Assembly (NCBI GenBank): GCA_965203355.1
Contig: OZ241889.1
Coordinates: forward strand, 992,001 to 1,056,000
DNA from: Candidatus Latescibacterota bacterium
GTDB lineage: Bacteria > Latescibacterota > UBA2968 > UBA8231
DNA length: 64,000 bases
Direction: 5' to 3'
The number at the start of each line of letters is the position of its first letter. Position 1 is the stretch's first letter. Below the pieces are notes generated by a model. It ran no database searches. It had not been told where the DNA came from and saw nothing but the letters and a program-made list of their open reading frames with translations. Made by a program: the position numbers and the translations under genes. This document shows, piece by piece, positions 29,393 to 37,986 of this stretch.

Positions 29393-30412
29393 ATGCCTGT
29401 AAACAATCGCCCGGTGCGCGTCGGCATCTATGGCACCGGCCGTTTTGCCAACCAAACGCACCTGCCCAATCTGAGTAAGCTGGACGGCGTCGAGCTGGTC
29501 GCCGCGACCGACTCCAACCCGGACAACCTCGCCGCTACCGCGCAAAAGTTCTCCATCGCCCGGACCTATGCAGACCCGCATCAAATGCTCGCGGAGGAAC
29601 GGCTGGACGCGCTCTATTCGGTCGTGCCGGCCTTTGTGCGCACGGATGTGGAAGCGGCGGCCGCCGCGCAGGGCATCCACCTCTTCAGCGAAAAACCGCA
29701 AGCGACTAGCATGGCTGTTGCGCGGCGCATTGCCGATGCGGTCGCTGAGAGCGGCGCCATTGCAACGGTTTGTTTTCGCGAGCGCTACCGCCCGCTCTTT
29801 CAGGAGGCCCGCCGTCTGCTCGCGGATAAATCCATCACCCACATCCGCTTCCAGAGCACGGCCGGCCTGCCCCTGCTCAAAGCCGAGGTTCCCGACCCGG
29901 ATAGCTGGCACTATCAGATGGACAAGAATGGCGGCGCGGCCTTCGACTGGGGGGTCCACGCCGTTGACTACGCACGCTTTATGAGCGGCCTCGACATTAC
30001 CCAAGCCCAAGCGTTTTACCACCATCCTCCTCGGTACAACACACCGCTGTCGTGTTCGTTTAACTTTCTGTTGACAAGCGGAGCGACCATGACCTCGACC
30101 TTCCTCGCCACCACGCCCGCTGCTCCGGGAGACGAGCCGCGCTTCACTGTTTTTTACGAAGGAGGATGCTTGGCGCTGTGGATGTACGACCGGATCGAGG
30201 TCAATGGCGAGGTCGCGTACGCGCCAGAGGAATTCGACCCGTGGTTCGAGCAAGATCGCGTCTTCATTGAGGCCGTGCGCACCGGCAACCGCGCCCTGCT
30301 ACTCAACGACTATGCCGATGGCCTTTATTCGCTGGCTCCGGTACTGGCGGGGTGGGAATCGGCGCGGCGCGGTGGGGAGTTGATTGGTCTGGCCGAATTT
30401 GCGGCGAGTTGA
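29393..30412 (+). CDS. Gfo/Idh/MocA family oxidoreductase
   Basis: VGIYGTG, HLFSEKP, GGAAFDWGVH. Confidence 0.9.
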   Translation: MPVNNRPVRVGIYGTGRFANQTHLPNLSKLDGVELVAATDSNPDNLAATAQKFSIARTYADPHQMLAEERLDALYSVVPAFVRTDVEAAAAAQGIHLFSEKPQATSMAVARRIADAVAESGAIATVCFRERYRPLFQEARRLLADKSITHIRFQSTAGLPLLKAEVPDPDSWHYQMDKNGGAAFDWGVHAVDYARFMSGLDITQAQAFYHHPPRYNTPLSCSFNFLLTSGATMTSTFLATTPAAPGDEPRFTVFYEGGCLALWMYDRIEVNGEVAYAPEEFDPWFEQDRVFIEAVRTGNRALLLNDYADGLYSLAPVLAGWESARRGGELIGLAEFAAS

Positions 30413-31809
30413 GCGTGGGGCGCATCGCTAGGCGGTGGGGAGCCGCAGGCGGGTATCGGGAGTTTTTGGGGATTGCCCTGCCCCTGATTCTGAGCACGGC
30501 TAGCTGGAGCATCCAGCACTTTATCGACCGCGTCTTTCTCTCGTGGTATTCCACCGAGGCACTGGCGGCTGCCATGCCGGCGGGCATGGCCAACTTCACC
30601 TTCATCAGTCTCTTCATGGGCACGGCCCAATACGCCAACACGTTTGTCGCCCAATACATGGGGGCGCGGCGGCTGACGCGCGTGGGGCCGGCCGTATGGC
30701 AAGGGGCGTATTTGGCGCTGTTTAGCGGCCTGTTGGCCTTGCTGCCGGCCGCCTTTGCCGGCGAACTCTTCGCGTTCATCGGCCACGACCCGGCCATCCG
30801 CGCCGCTGAAACAGATTACTTCCGCATCCTTTGCTACGGCACCGGGCCGCAGGTGTTGGCTACGGCGTTTTCGTGTTTTTTTACCGGGCGCGGTCAGACG
30901 TGGGTGGTGCTGGCGGTCAATGCCGTGGCGATCAGCGTCAACATCATCTGCGACTACGGCTTGATATTCGGACGCTGGGGACTGCCCGAACTGGGGATCG
31001 TCGGGGCGGCGTGGGCCACCAACATCGGCTTGGTGGTCTCGGCTCTGTGTTTCGCGGTGCTGTTTTTGGGGCCACGCTATCGCAGCGAATACGCTACGTT
31101 GCGCGGCTGGAAACCCGATCTCAAACTGCTGCTGCGCCTATTGCGCTTTGGCGGCCCCAACGGCGTCAACTTCATGCTCGACATCATGGCCTTTACCTTC
31201 TTTTTGTTTATCGTGGGTCGCTTGGGGCCGATCCCGCTGGCGGCGACGAATTTGGCCTTTCACATCAATAGTCTCGCCTTTATGCCGCTCATTGGTTGTG
31301 GCATTGCCGTCTCGACGATGGTCGGCCAGCACTTAGGGCGCGATCAGCCTGACGCTGCCGAGTACTGCACGTGGTCGGGTTTGCATTTGGCCATGCTGTA
31401 TATGGGAACGATGTCCGCGGGCTACATCCTGGTGCCGGAACTTTTCCTCGCGCCTTTTGGCGCCGACCGGGACGCCGACTTTGCGGCGGCGCATCAAGTC
31501 GCCGTGATCTTGCTGCGCTTCGTAGCGTTGTACTGCGTCTCCGATGCTGCCTATATGGTTTTCACTGCGGCCCTGAAAGGCGCAGGCGACACCCGTTTTG
31601 TCATGTGGATTTCGATCTTGCTGGCTTGGGCGATTATGGTTGTGCCGTCTTTCGTCGTCCTGACGTACTTCGACGGAGGGCTGTATTTGATATGGAGCTT
31701 TACCTGCGTGTATGTATGCGTCTTGGGCGTGGTGTTCTACTTGCGCTTTCGCACGGGTCGTTGGAAGAGTATGCGGGTTATTGAGCGGGCCGATGAGAGT
31801 AGTGAGTAG
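30409..31809 (+). CDS. MATE family transporter
   Basis: IALPLI, DRVFL, GLPELGIVGAAWATN, ALKGAGDT; about 12 TM helices. Confidence 0.9.
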   Translation: MSVGRIARRWGAAGGYREFLGIALPLILSTASWSIQHFIDRVFLSWYSTEALAAAMPAGMANFTFISLFMGTAQYANTFVAQYMGARRLTRVGPAVWQGAYLALFSGLLALLPAAFAGELFAFIGHDPAIRAAETDYFRILCYGTGPQVLATAFSCFFTGRGQTWVVLAVNAVAISVNIICDYGLIFGRWGLPELGIVGAAWATNIGLVVSALCFAVLFLGPRYRSEYATLRGWKPDLKLLLRLLRFGGPNGVNFMLDIMAFTFFLFIVGRLGPIPLAATNLAFHINSLAFMPLIGCGIAVSTMVGQHLGRDQPDAAEYCTWSGLHLAMLYMGTMSAGYILVPELFLAPFGADRDADFAAAHQVAVILLRFVALYCVSDAAYMVFTAALKGAGDTRFVMWISILLAWAIMVVPSFVVLTYFDGGLYLIWSFTCVYVCVLGVVFYLRFRTGRWKSMRVIERADESSE

Positions 31810-31819
31810 CGAGCGAATG

Positions 31820-32002
31820 CTACAAATGGGATGGGGCGTTGGGATTCATTGTCAGCGCGTCCTTGAGAAAACTGAACACATCAAAGAGCGTTGACTTGCC
31901 CGTTCCATTTGCGCCCACGACTATGACCATCGGGGGTAAATCGTCAAATACGGCGTGGCGAAAGCAACGGTAGTTCCTGATTTCAATCTGCTCAATCCTC
32001 AT
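31820..32002 (-). pseudogene. N-terminal fragment of an AAA_21/OLD/AbiEii-type ABC ATPase
   Basis: MRIEQIEIRNYRCF...VVGANGTGKSTLFD, ends at 60 aa with no Walker B; RBS retained. Confidence 0.75.
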
Positions 32003-32135
32003 AGGTTTTCCTCTGCATTGTCGAACATCACCGTTGGCGGCTATCGCGATTCGTCGAGCGACCGCCGAAGGGTCGCGGTCAATTTCTGACGATCTAGCGC
32101 GTCGTTTGCGCCGCCGTTTGGGCTAAAGCGATGCC

Positions 32136-32840
32136 CTACGATTGGTTTGCTTTCCAGGCTTGGTACTCGGCCAAGGTCTGCTCGTCCGGGGGATAGGTGC
32201 CGACGATACTGGCTCCGGCGCGGATTTTCTCGGTGATGAAGCGTTCTTTTTGCTCCATCTCCGCGGCCTCTGCGGCGACCTCTGCGGCCAGATGTGCGGG
32301 TATGACCACGACTCCTTCGCCGTCGCCGACGAGCATGTCGCCGGGGAATACCGCCACGCCGCCACAGGCGATGGGTACTTGGATTTCGCTGGGGTGGTGG
32401 ATGGTTTTGTTGGTGTGGGCGTTCATGGCTGCCGCGTATGCGGGCAATCCCAATGCGACCAGGGTCGGCGAGTCGCGGTAAGCTCCATCGGTGACGATCC
32501 CGGTGCAGCCGCGCACTTGCAGCCGCGCCGCTAGGATGGAACCCATCGTCCCGGCGCGGGTATCGCCGCGCGCATCAATGACGAACACGTCGCCTGCTGT
32601 CACTTGCTCAATGCCGATTCGCTGCACGTCTTTCAAGTTGTCCAAAGGAACCTCGTCGAGGTCCTCGCGGGCGGGGATATAGCGCAGGGTAAAGGCCCGG
32701 CCGACCATCTTCACGGCGGGCGTGAGGGGCGCGACTTGGTGCATAAACGTGTTGTGCAGTCCCTTGTTGCGCAGCACAGACGTCAGGGTCGCCGTGCTAG
32801 TCCCCTTTAGTTTTTCGCTCAATTCGGCAAAATCCACCAT
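32136..32840 (-). CDS. RraA/HMG-CHA aldolase family protein
   Basis: GRAFTLRYIPARED, GIVTDGAYRD, GGVAVFPGD..VGDGEGVVVIP. Confidence 0.9.
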   Translation of the reverse strand: MVDFAELSEKLKGTSTATLTSVLRNKGLHNTFMHQVAPLTPAVKMVGRAFTLRYIPAREDLDEVPLDNLKDVQRIGIEQVTAGDVFVIDARGDTRAGTMGSILAARLQVRGCTGIVTDGAYRDSPTLVALGLPAYAAAMNAHTNKTIHHPSEIQVPIACGGVAVFPGDMLVGDGEGVVVIPAHLAAEVAAEAAEMEQKERFITEKIRAGASIVGTYPPDEQTLAEYQAWKANQS

Positions 32841-32849
32841 GTGCTCCTT

Positions 32850-33907
32850 TCAGCGTATCTGCCCGCGGGCGTCAACCGGCCAGACGGCTTCCACGCGGCC
32901 GCCGCGCACGGCAAAAATCTGGTCGTGTTCGTTGAAACAGGGGCAGGGATGAACCGGCAAGACCTGCACCTGTTCGCCTATTTGGGGCTTGTCGTCGCAG
33001 GCCGACAGATCGACCTGCCGTGTTCCTCGGAGGCCCCGGAAAAGACAGCTTGGGGGTACTCGACGATGTAGCCCATGATAGAAGATCCGTCCGCTCCGCG
33101 ATAGACTGCGGCACTGAGCGACTTGCTGCCCCCGTCGAGGATGGCGCGGTCGGCGGTTGGTCGGCTGACCACGGTCATCAGCACCCGGCCAGCGCACTGA
33201 TCGACGCGGTGAGTTCCCCGGCGGAGATGGCCGACGCCGCCGACTGGATACTCACCGGCCCGGTACTCGGTCAGTTCGGGAATCTCGTGCGCCATAAATG
33301 CGCTTGGGGTGCTGCCGCCGCTGACGATGGGATGCGGCAGGCCCTTGCGGTCGAAATGGGCGAGTGTCTCTTGGATGAGCGGCCGCAGGTCTGGAGTCGC
33401 TGGCATGGACATGATGCCCCGCAGCTCGATGTTGGGGGCTTGGTCGATTTTTTCGCCTAAAGCCATAGCCGCCCGAGGAGAGCTTACGCCGGTGCGGCCG
33501 CGATCGAGTTCGACGACTACGCCCACGGTGACATCCGCTTCGGCGGCGGCTTTGGCTAGCCCTTGCACGGTGTATTCGGAATCGGCCGCCACGGTCAATC
33601 GGGTGTCCCGCGCCAGCGCGACTAGCCGCGCCAGTTTTTGTGCGCCGATGATGTTGTAGGGAATCAGGATGTCGCGACCCACCCCGCCCGCGACCATGAC
33701 CTCGGCTTCCCCGAGCTTCTGGCAGGTGATGCCGATTGCTCCGCGACGCATTTGCATGTGGGCGATGGCCACGCACTTGTGGGTCTTGATGTGGGGCCGC
33801 AAGCCAATGCCGTGCTCGTCAAAGTAGCGTTGGTAGCGGTCGAGGTTGTCTGCCAAGCCGTCGAGATCGACGAGGAGGGCGGGCGTGTCGAGATCGGCTA
33901 TGTGCAT
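32850..33907 (-). pseudogene. D-threonine aldolase/DSD1-family PLP enzyme with a frameshift near 33016
   Basis: LDTPALLVD, RPHIKTHK, DGGSKSL, SEEHG in one frame; VDLS...PVHPCPCFN...WPVDARG in another. Confidence 0.8.
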
Positions 33908-34009
33908 GGTGGCCTTTCTGGCATGAAGGTGAAGATCGCCGCGATAAAATAGCAAACCAATCCCGCGGTAGAAATTGACGCGATTGGCTCTGTCGTCTTT
34001 TGTTGCAAG

Positions 34010-34534
34010 ATGCCCATCGAGCTCCAACCTTCGACGCCGGTCGCCTTAGTCTGCGCGATATTGGCCGATTCCGCCGCAACGCTTGCCGCCGCCAAAGAAC
34101 GCCTCGCCGGATGTTTCGGTCCCCTGCGCGCGGCCAGCACGCGCTACGATTTTGATTTTACTTCGTACTACGAAGCGGAAATGGGCGCGGCGTTGTGCAA
34201 ACAGCTAGTGTGCTTTGCCGAGCGAATCGACCCCGCTGAGCTGGCGGCCGTCAAAGCGCAGACCATGGCGCTGGAGCGGGCGATGAGCCGCGGGGGGTGC
34301 CGCCGCGCCAATATCGACCCAGGCCTGCTGTCGATCGAGAGCTTGGTGTTGGCCACGACCAAGTATGCTGGCCACCGGGTGTGCATTGCCCCGCAGTGCT
34401 ACGCCGAGGTGACGCTGCTCTATCAGCGAGGACGCTACCGGCCTTTGGAGTGGACGTATCTCGACTACCAAGGCGATGCAGTACAGCACTTTTTGCTCGA
34501 TGTGCGGCCTTGGTTGCTGGCGATGCGCGGCTGA
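34010..34534 (+). CDS. DUF4416 family protein
   Basis: FDFTSYYEAEMG, RRANIDPG, LATTK..HR, WTYLDY. Confidence 0.8.
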   Translation: MPIELQPSTPVALVCAILADSAATLAAAKERLAGCFGPLRAASTRYDFDFTSYYEAEMGAALCKQLVCFAERIDPAELAAVKAQTMALERAMSRGGCRRANIDPGLLSIESLVLATTKYAGHRVCIAPQCYAEVTLLYQRGRYRPLEWTYLDYQGDAVQHFLLDVRPWLLAMRG

Positions 34535-34536
34535 GG

Positions 34537-35673
34537 TCAGCCCCGCTCGTCGAGCGCGACAAATGGGCGGTGTTCCAGCCCGGTGTAGATGTGATTGGGG
34601 CGAATGAGCCGATTGGCGTCGTGCTGTTCGATCACGTGCGCCGCCCAGCCCACCACGCGGCTGGCCACGAAGATGGGGGTGTAGAGCGGGATCGGAATGC
34701 CCATCATGTAGTAGGTGTACGCGCAGGGGAAATCGACGTTGGGAAAGATGCCTTTTTCGCGCATCATCGTCTCTTCGACCACGTCGGCCAGATCGGGCCA
34801 TTGGGCGTCGCCGATGGCGTCGGCAATCTGGCGGCCAACTTTCTTCATCGTCGGCACCCGCGAGTCGCCGCTTTTGTATTCCCGATGGCCAAAGCCCATG
34901 ATCTTCTTCTTTCGCGCCAGCGCGTCGAGGACCCACTGCTCGGCCGCCGCGGGCGAATCTACCTCCAAGAGCATGTGCATGGCGGCTTCGTTGGCGCCGC
35001 CGTGCAAGGGGCCGTGCAGCGCACCGATGGCCGCGGTCACGGCCGCGTACAGGTCGGCGAGGGTGGAAGCTACGACCCGTGCGGTAAACGTGGAGGCGTT
35101 GTACCCGTGCTCGGCGTAGAGGATCAGCGAAGTGTTCATGGCCTTTACTTCGTATGCGGGCGGTTCTTCGCCGCGCAGCATGTAGAGCAAATTGGCCGCG
35201 TGATCCATTTCGGCGGCGGGAGCTACCGGCGCAAGGCCCTGCGAGAAGCGGTAGCCATAGGCGAGTGCGGTGGGAATTTTGGCCAGCAAGCGCGTGGCCT
35301 TGCGCACATTGGCTTCGTGGCTGTTGTCCGGGGTCTCGGCGTCGAAAAACGCCAGCGACGACACGGCCGTGCGCAATAAGTCCATGGGGTGGGCGTCGGC
35401 TGGGGCGGAGCGCAACAGGTCGACCACTGGGCCGGGCAGGTCGCGCTGCGCGTGTAGTTGTTGGTTGAATGCGGCCAACTCGGCGCCCGTTGGCAACTCG
35501 CCGTAGAGCAGCAAATAGGCGACTTCTTCGTAGCAGGCGTTTTCGGTCAGTTCGACTAGGTCGTAGCCGTGCAGAATCAGGCGATTGATATCGACATCAA
35601 TGCGCGAAAGGGCGGACTCGCCGGCGATGACGCCTTCGAGGCCGGGACTATAGGATTTGTCGGTCTCGGTCAT
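34537..35673 (-). CDS. prpC: Citrate/2-methylcitrate synthase
   Basis: GLEGVIAG, AEHGYNASTF, GPLHGGANE, MGFGHREY, PNVDF; downstream of prpB. Confidence 0.82.
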   Translation of the reverse strand: MTETDKSYSPGLEGVIAGESALSRIDVDINRLILHGYDLVELTENACYEEVAYLLLYGELPTGAELAAFNQQLHAQRDLPGPVVDLLRSAPADAHPMDLLRTAVSSLAFFDAETPDNSHEANVRKATRLLAKIPTALAYGYRFSQGLAPVAPAAEMDHAANLLYMLRGEEPPAYEVKAMNTSLILYAEHGYNASTFTARVVASTLADLYAAVTAAIGALHGPLHGGANEAAMHMLLEVDSPAAAEQWVLDALARKKKIMGFGHREYKSGDSRVPTMKKVGRQIADAIGDAQWPDLADVVEETMMREKGIFPNVDFPCAYTYYMMGIPIPLYTPIFVASRVVGWAAHVIEQHDANRLIRPNHIYTGLEHRPFVALDERG

Positions 35674-35714
35674 TAGTTGTCCTTTGCTAAATCAATTATC
35701 GGGAGTATCTGGCC

Positions 35715-36671
35715 TTATTTTGCTCCGTGCTTACGCAACACTTCTGCGGTCTCGTCGGCGTCGTATCTTGTTGCAAGTTCTAACGGCGTATTGCCGAAGT
35801 CGTCTTGAGCGTTTGGGTCTGCTCCATGCTCAAGCAAGACCTTCGCGGCTTCGCTGGCGTTGTTGAATGTTGCGTCGTGTAACGGCGTTCTGTCCCATTG
35901 GCTTTTAGCGTTTGGGTCTGCTCCATGCTCAAGCAAGACCTTCGCGGCTTCGCTGGCGTTGTTGAATGCTGCGTCGTGTAACGGCGTATTGCCGAAGTCG
36001 TCTTGAGCGTTTGGGTCTGCTCCATGCTCAAGTAAGAGCTTCGCGGTCTCGGTGTCGTTATTGAATGCTGCCCAGTGTAACGGCTTCTTGCTGTCGTCGT
36101 TTTTAGCGTTTGGGTCTGCTCCATGCTCAAGCAAGACCTTCGCGGTCTCGTCGGCGTCGTACTCTGCTGTCCAGTCTAACGGCGTTCTGCCTTTGTTGTC
36201 TTTAGCGTTTGGGTCTGCTCCATGCTCAAGCAAAACTTCTGCGGTCTGGCTGGCGTCGTGCATTGCTGCCGTGTGCAACGGCGTTTCGCTGTCTTTGTCT
36301 TTAGCGTTTGGGTCTGCTCCATGCTCAAGCAAGACCTTCGCGGTCTTGTGGGTATTCTTCCATGCTGCGACGTGTAACGGCATTGCGCCTAATTTGTTTT
36401 TGGCGTGGATGTAAGCGCCGTGCTCAAGCAAGGCTTCGGTGGTCTTGACGGCGTTCTCATATGCTGCCCAGTGTAACGGCGTATTGCCGAAGTCGTCTTG
36501 AGCGTGGACTTCTTCTTTGTGCTCAAATAAGAGATCGGCGGTCTCGTGGGCGTTCTCGTACACGGCCCATTGTAAAGGTGTCTTGTTGTCGGTGTGGTTT
36601 GTAGGCGTCTTATCGTCGGTACATCCTATGCTTCCAAGTATCAACGTTGCGATTAGTAGGCGTTTGTTCAT
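35715..36671 (-). CDS. Ankyrin-repeat lipoprotein (9 repeats)
   Basis: MNKRLLIATLILGSIGC lipobox; TPLH.AA....AK.LLEHGADPNA units; RBS GAAGGAGAGG. Confidence 0.93.
   Translation of the reverse strand: MNKRLLIATLILGSIGCTDDKTPTNHTDNKTPLQWAVYENAHETADLLFEHKEEVHAQDDFGNTPLHWAAYENAVKTTEALLEHGAYIHAKNKLGAMPLHVAAWKNTHKTAKVLLEHGADPNAKDKDSETPLHTAAMHDASQTAEVLLEHGADPNAKDNKGRTPLDWTAEYDADETAKVLLEHGADPNAKNDDSKKPLHWAAFNNDTETAKLLLEHGADPNAQDDFGNTPLHDAAFNNASEAAKVLLEHGADPNAKSQWDRTPLHDATFNNASEAAKVLLEHGADPNAQDDFGNTPLELATRYDADETAEVLRKHGAK
35781..36505. repeat. 99-bp tandem coding repeat
   Basis: Invariant AGCGTTTGGGTCTGCTCCATGCTCAAG core at exactly 99-bp spacing (GTTTGGG at 35811, 35910, 36009, 36108, 36207, 36306). 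Confidence 0.95.
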
Positions 36672-36806
36672 GGCTTCCTCTCCTTCGGTTGTTGGCGTCC
36701 AGCTACCCGATCGCGGTCGTGGACCGCGGTTGCCTTCGCTGGCCTTCGTCTGGCTTCGCGGTGCTGGAGCTACCCGCCTTCGCGGCTGTGCGTTCTTCGT
36801 GCCTTC

Positions 36807-37067
36807 TCAGTTACAAGCTGGCCTTCGTCCAGTTTCCCCGCGGCTGTCGAGCTCCCCGCTGGCGGCGGCTGTTGATGGCGTCCAGCTCCATATTGCCCAT
36901 TTCGCGATGCCCTTGATCCGCTCGTTTTTCTCGTTCATCCCAAAGTGGCCAGTGAGTCTATGATGGAGATCTCTGGTTTTGCCTGTATAGATGAAATCGC
37001 CATTCTCCGCGAATAACATGTAGTATCCGGTTGTATGCGGTGCTTGTGCGACATCACCTACAGACAA
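36807..37067 (-). pseudogene. Small GIY-YIG nuclease, degenerate
   Basis: GYYML...IYTGKTRDL..RL..H and terminal RPACN; the helix carrying the metal-binding Glu looks shortened; start codon weak. Confidence 0.6.
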
Positions 37068-37077
37068 GCCGAGCTCC

Positions 37078-37983
37078 TCATCTACTCGCTTCGGGAAAGC
37101 GGTCGGCCAGCACCGCGTCTAGTTTGGTGTACTCGTCGTAGCCGAGCAGTTCGTAGAGTTCTTCTCGCGTCTGCATCTGTCCGAGGGCGCCTGCCAAAGT
37201 GCCCTTTTCCTTGAGTTCGCAAAACAGCCCTTCGACGGCCTTCATCATGGTGCGGAACGCGCTCATTGGAAAAATCACCAGGCGATATCCCATAGCGGCG
37301 AACTCGGCGACCGATAGGTACGGCGACTTGCCGAATTCGGTCATGTTGGCCAGCAGCGGGCCTTTGACTTGCTCGGCGTAGCGGGCGAATTCCTCGGCGC
37401 TCTGCATGGCTTCGGGAAAGACGGCGTCCGCGCCAGCGGCCAAGTAGCGCTGGCCGCGCTCGACGCTCGATGCAAAGCCCTCGACGGCGCGGGCGTCGCA
37501 GCGGGCGATGATCACAAAGTCCGGGTCTTGACGCGCCGCGCAGGCCGCGGCGATCTTGCGCTCCATTTCCTCAACCCGGATCAGGGCCTTGCCGTCGAGG
37601 TGTCCGCAGCGCTTGGGCATGACTTGGTCCTCTAAGTGCAGCCCGGCCAAACCCTCGCGCTCGTACGTACGCACTGTGCGCATTACCTGCCAGACCTCGC
37701 CAAACCCGGTGTCCGCATCGCAAATGCAGGGTGCTTGCACTGCGTTGGCAATGTAGCCGGCTTGGCGCGCCATTTCGTCCAGGCCCAACAGGCCGACGTC
37801 CGGGTAGCCAGCCGTGCCGTTGGCTAGCCCAGCCCCGGAAATGTACACGGCCTCAAACCCGATGCGCTCGGCCAGCATGGCCACGGGCGCGTTGAAGGCT
37901 CCGGGCAAAGTCAGGGTTTTCTCGGCCATCAGGCGGCGCAAGGTGCGTGGCTTGGGCTCGGCGGATGCAGGCTTGAGTAGCAT
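37078..37983 (-). CDS. prpB: Methylisocitrate lyase
   Basis: DADTGFG, HLEDQ..PKRCGHL, LANMTEFGKSP. Confidence 0.92.
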   Translation of the reverse strand: MLLKPASAEPKPRTLRRLMAEKTLTLPGAFNAPVAMLAERIGFEAVYISGAGLANGTAGYPDVGLLGLDEMARQAGYIANAVQAPCICDADTGFGEVWQVMRTVRTYEREGLAGLHLEDQVMPKRCGHLDGKALIRVEEMERKIAAACAARQDPDFVIIARCDARAVEGFASSVERGQRYLAAGADAVFPEAMQSAEEFARYAEQVKGPLLANMTEFGKSPYLSVAEFAAMGYRLVIFPMSAFRTMMKAVEGLFCELKEKGTLAGALGQMQTREELYELLGYDEYTKLDAVLADRFPEASR

Positions 37984-37986
37984 GGC

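Noticed and set aside
34297-35379. Long antisense or alternate-frame ORFs (also 13550-14461, 29261-30253, 52334-53179, 58111-59007)
   Set aside because: Expected stop-poor shadows of GC-rich genes, with no recognisable motifs
35781-36505. Regularly spaced identical blocks resembling a CRISPR array
   Set aside because: The period is exactly 99 bp in frame with an ankyrin ORF, the spacers are mutually similar, and there are no cas genes
35715-37067. Diversity-generating retroelement as the source of ankyrin variation
   Set aside because: No reverse transcriptase, no TR/VR pair, and differences are not adenine-specific
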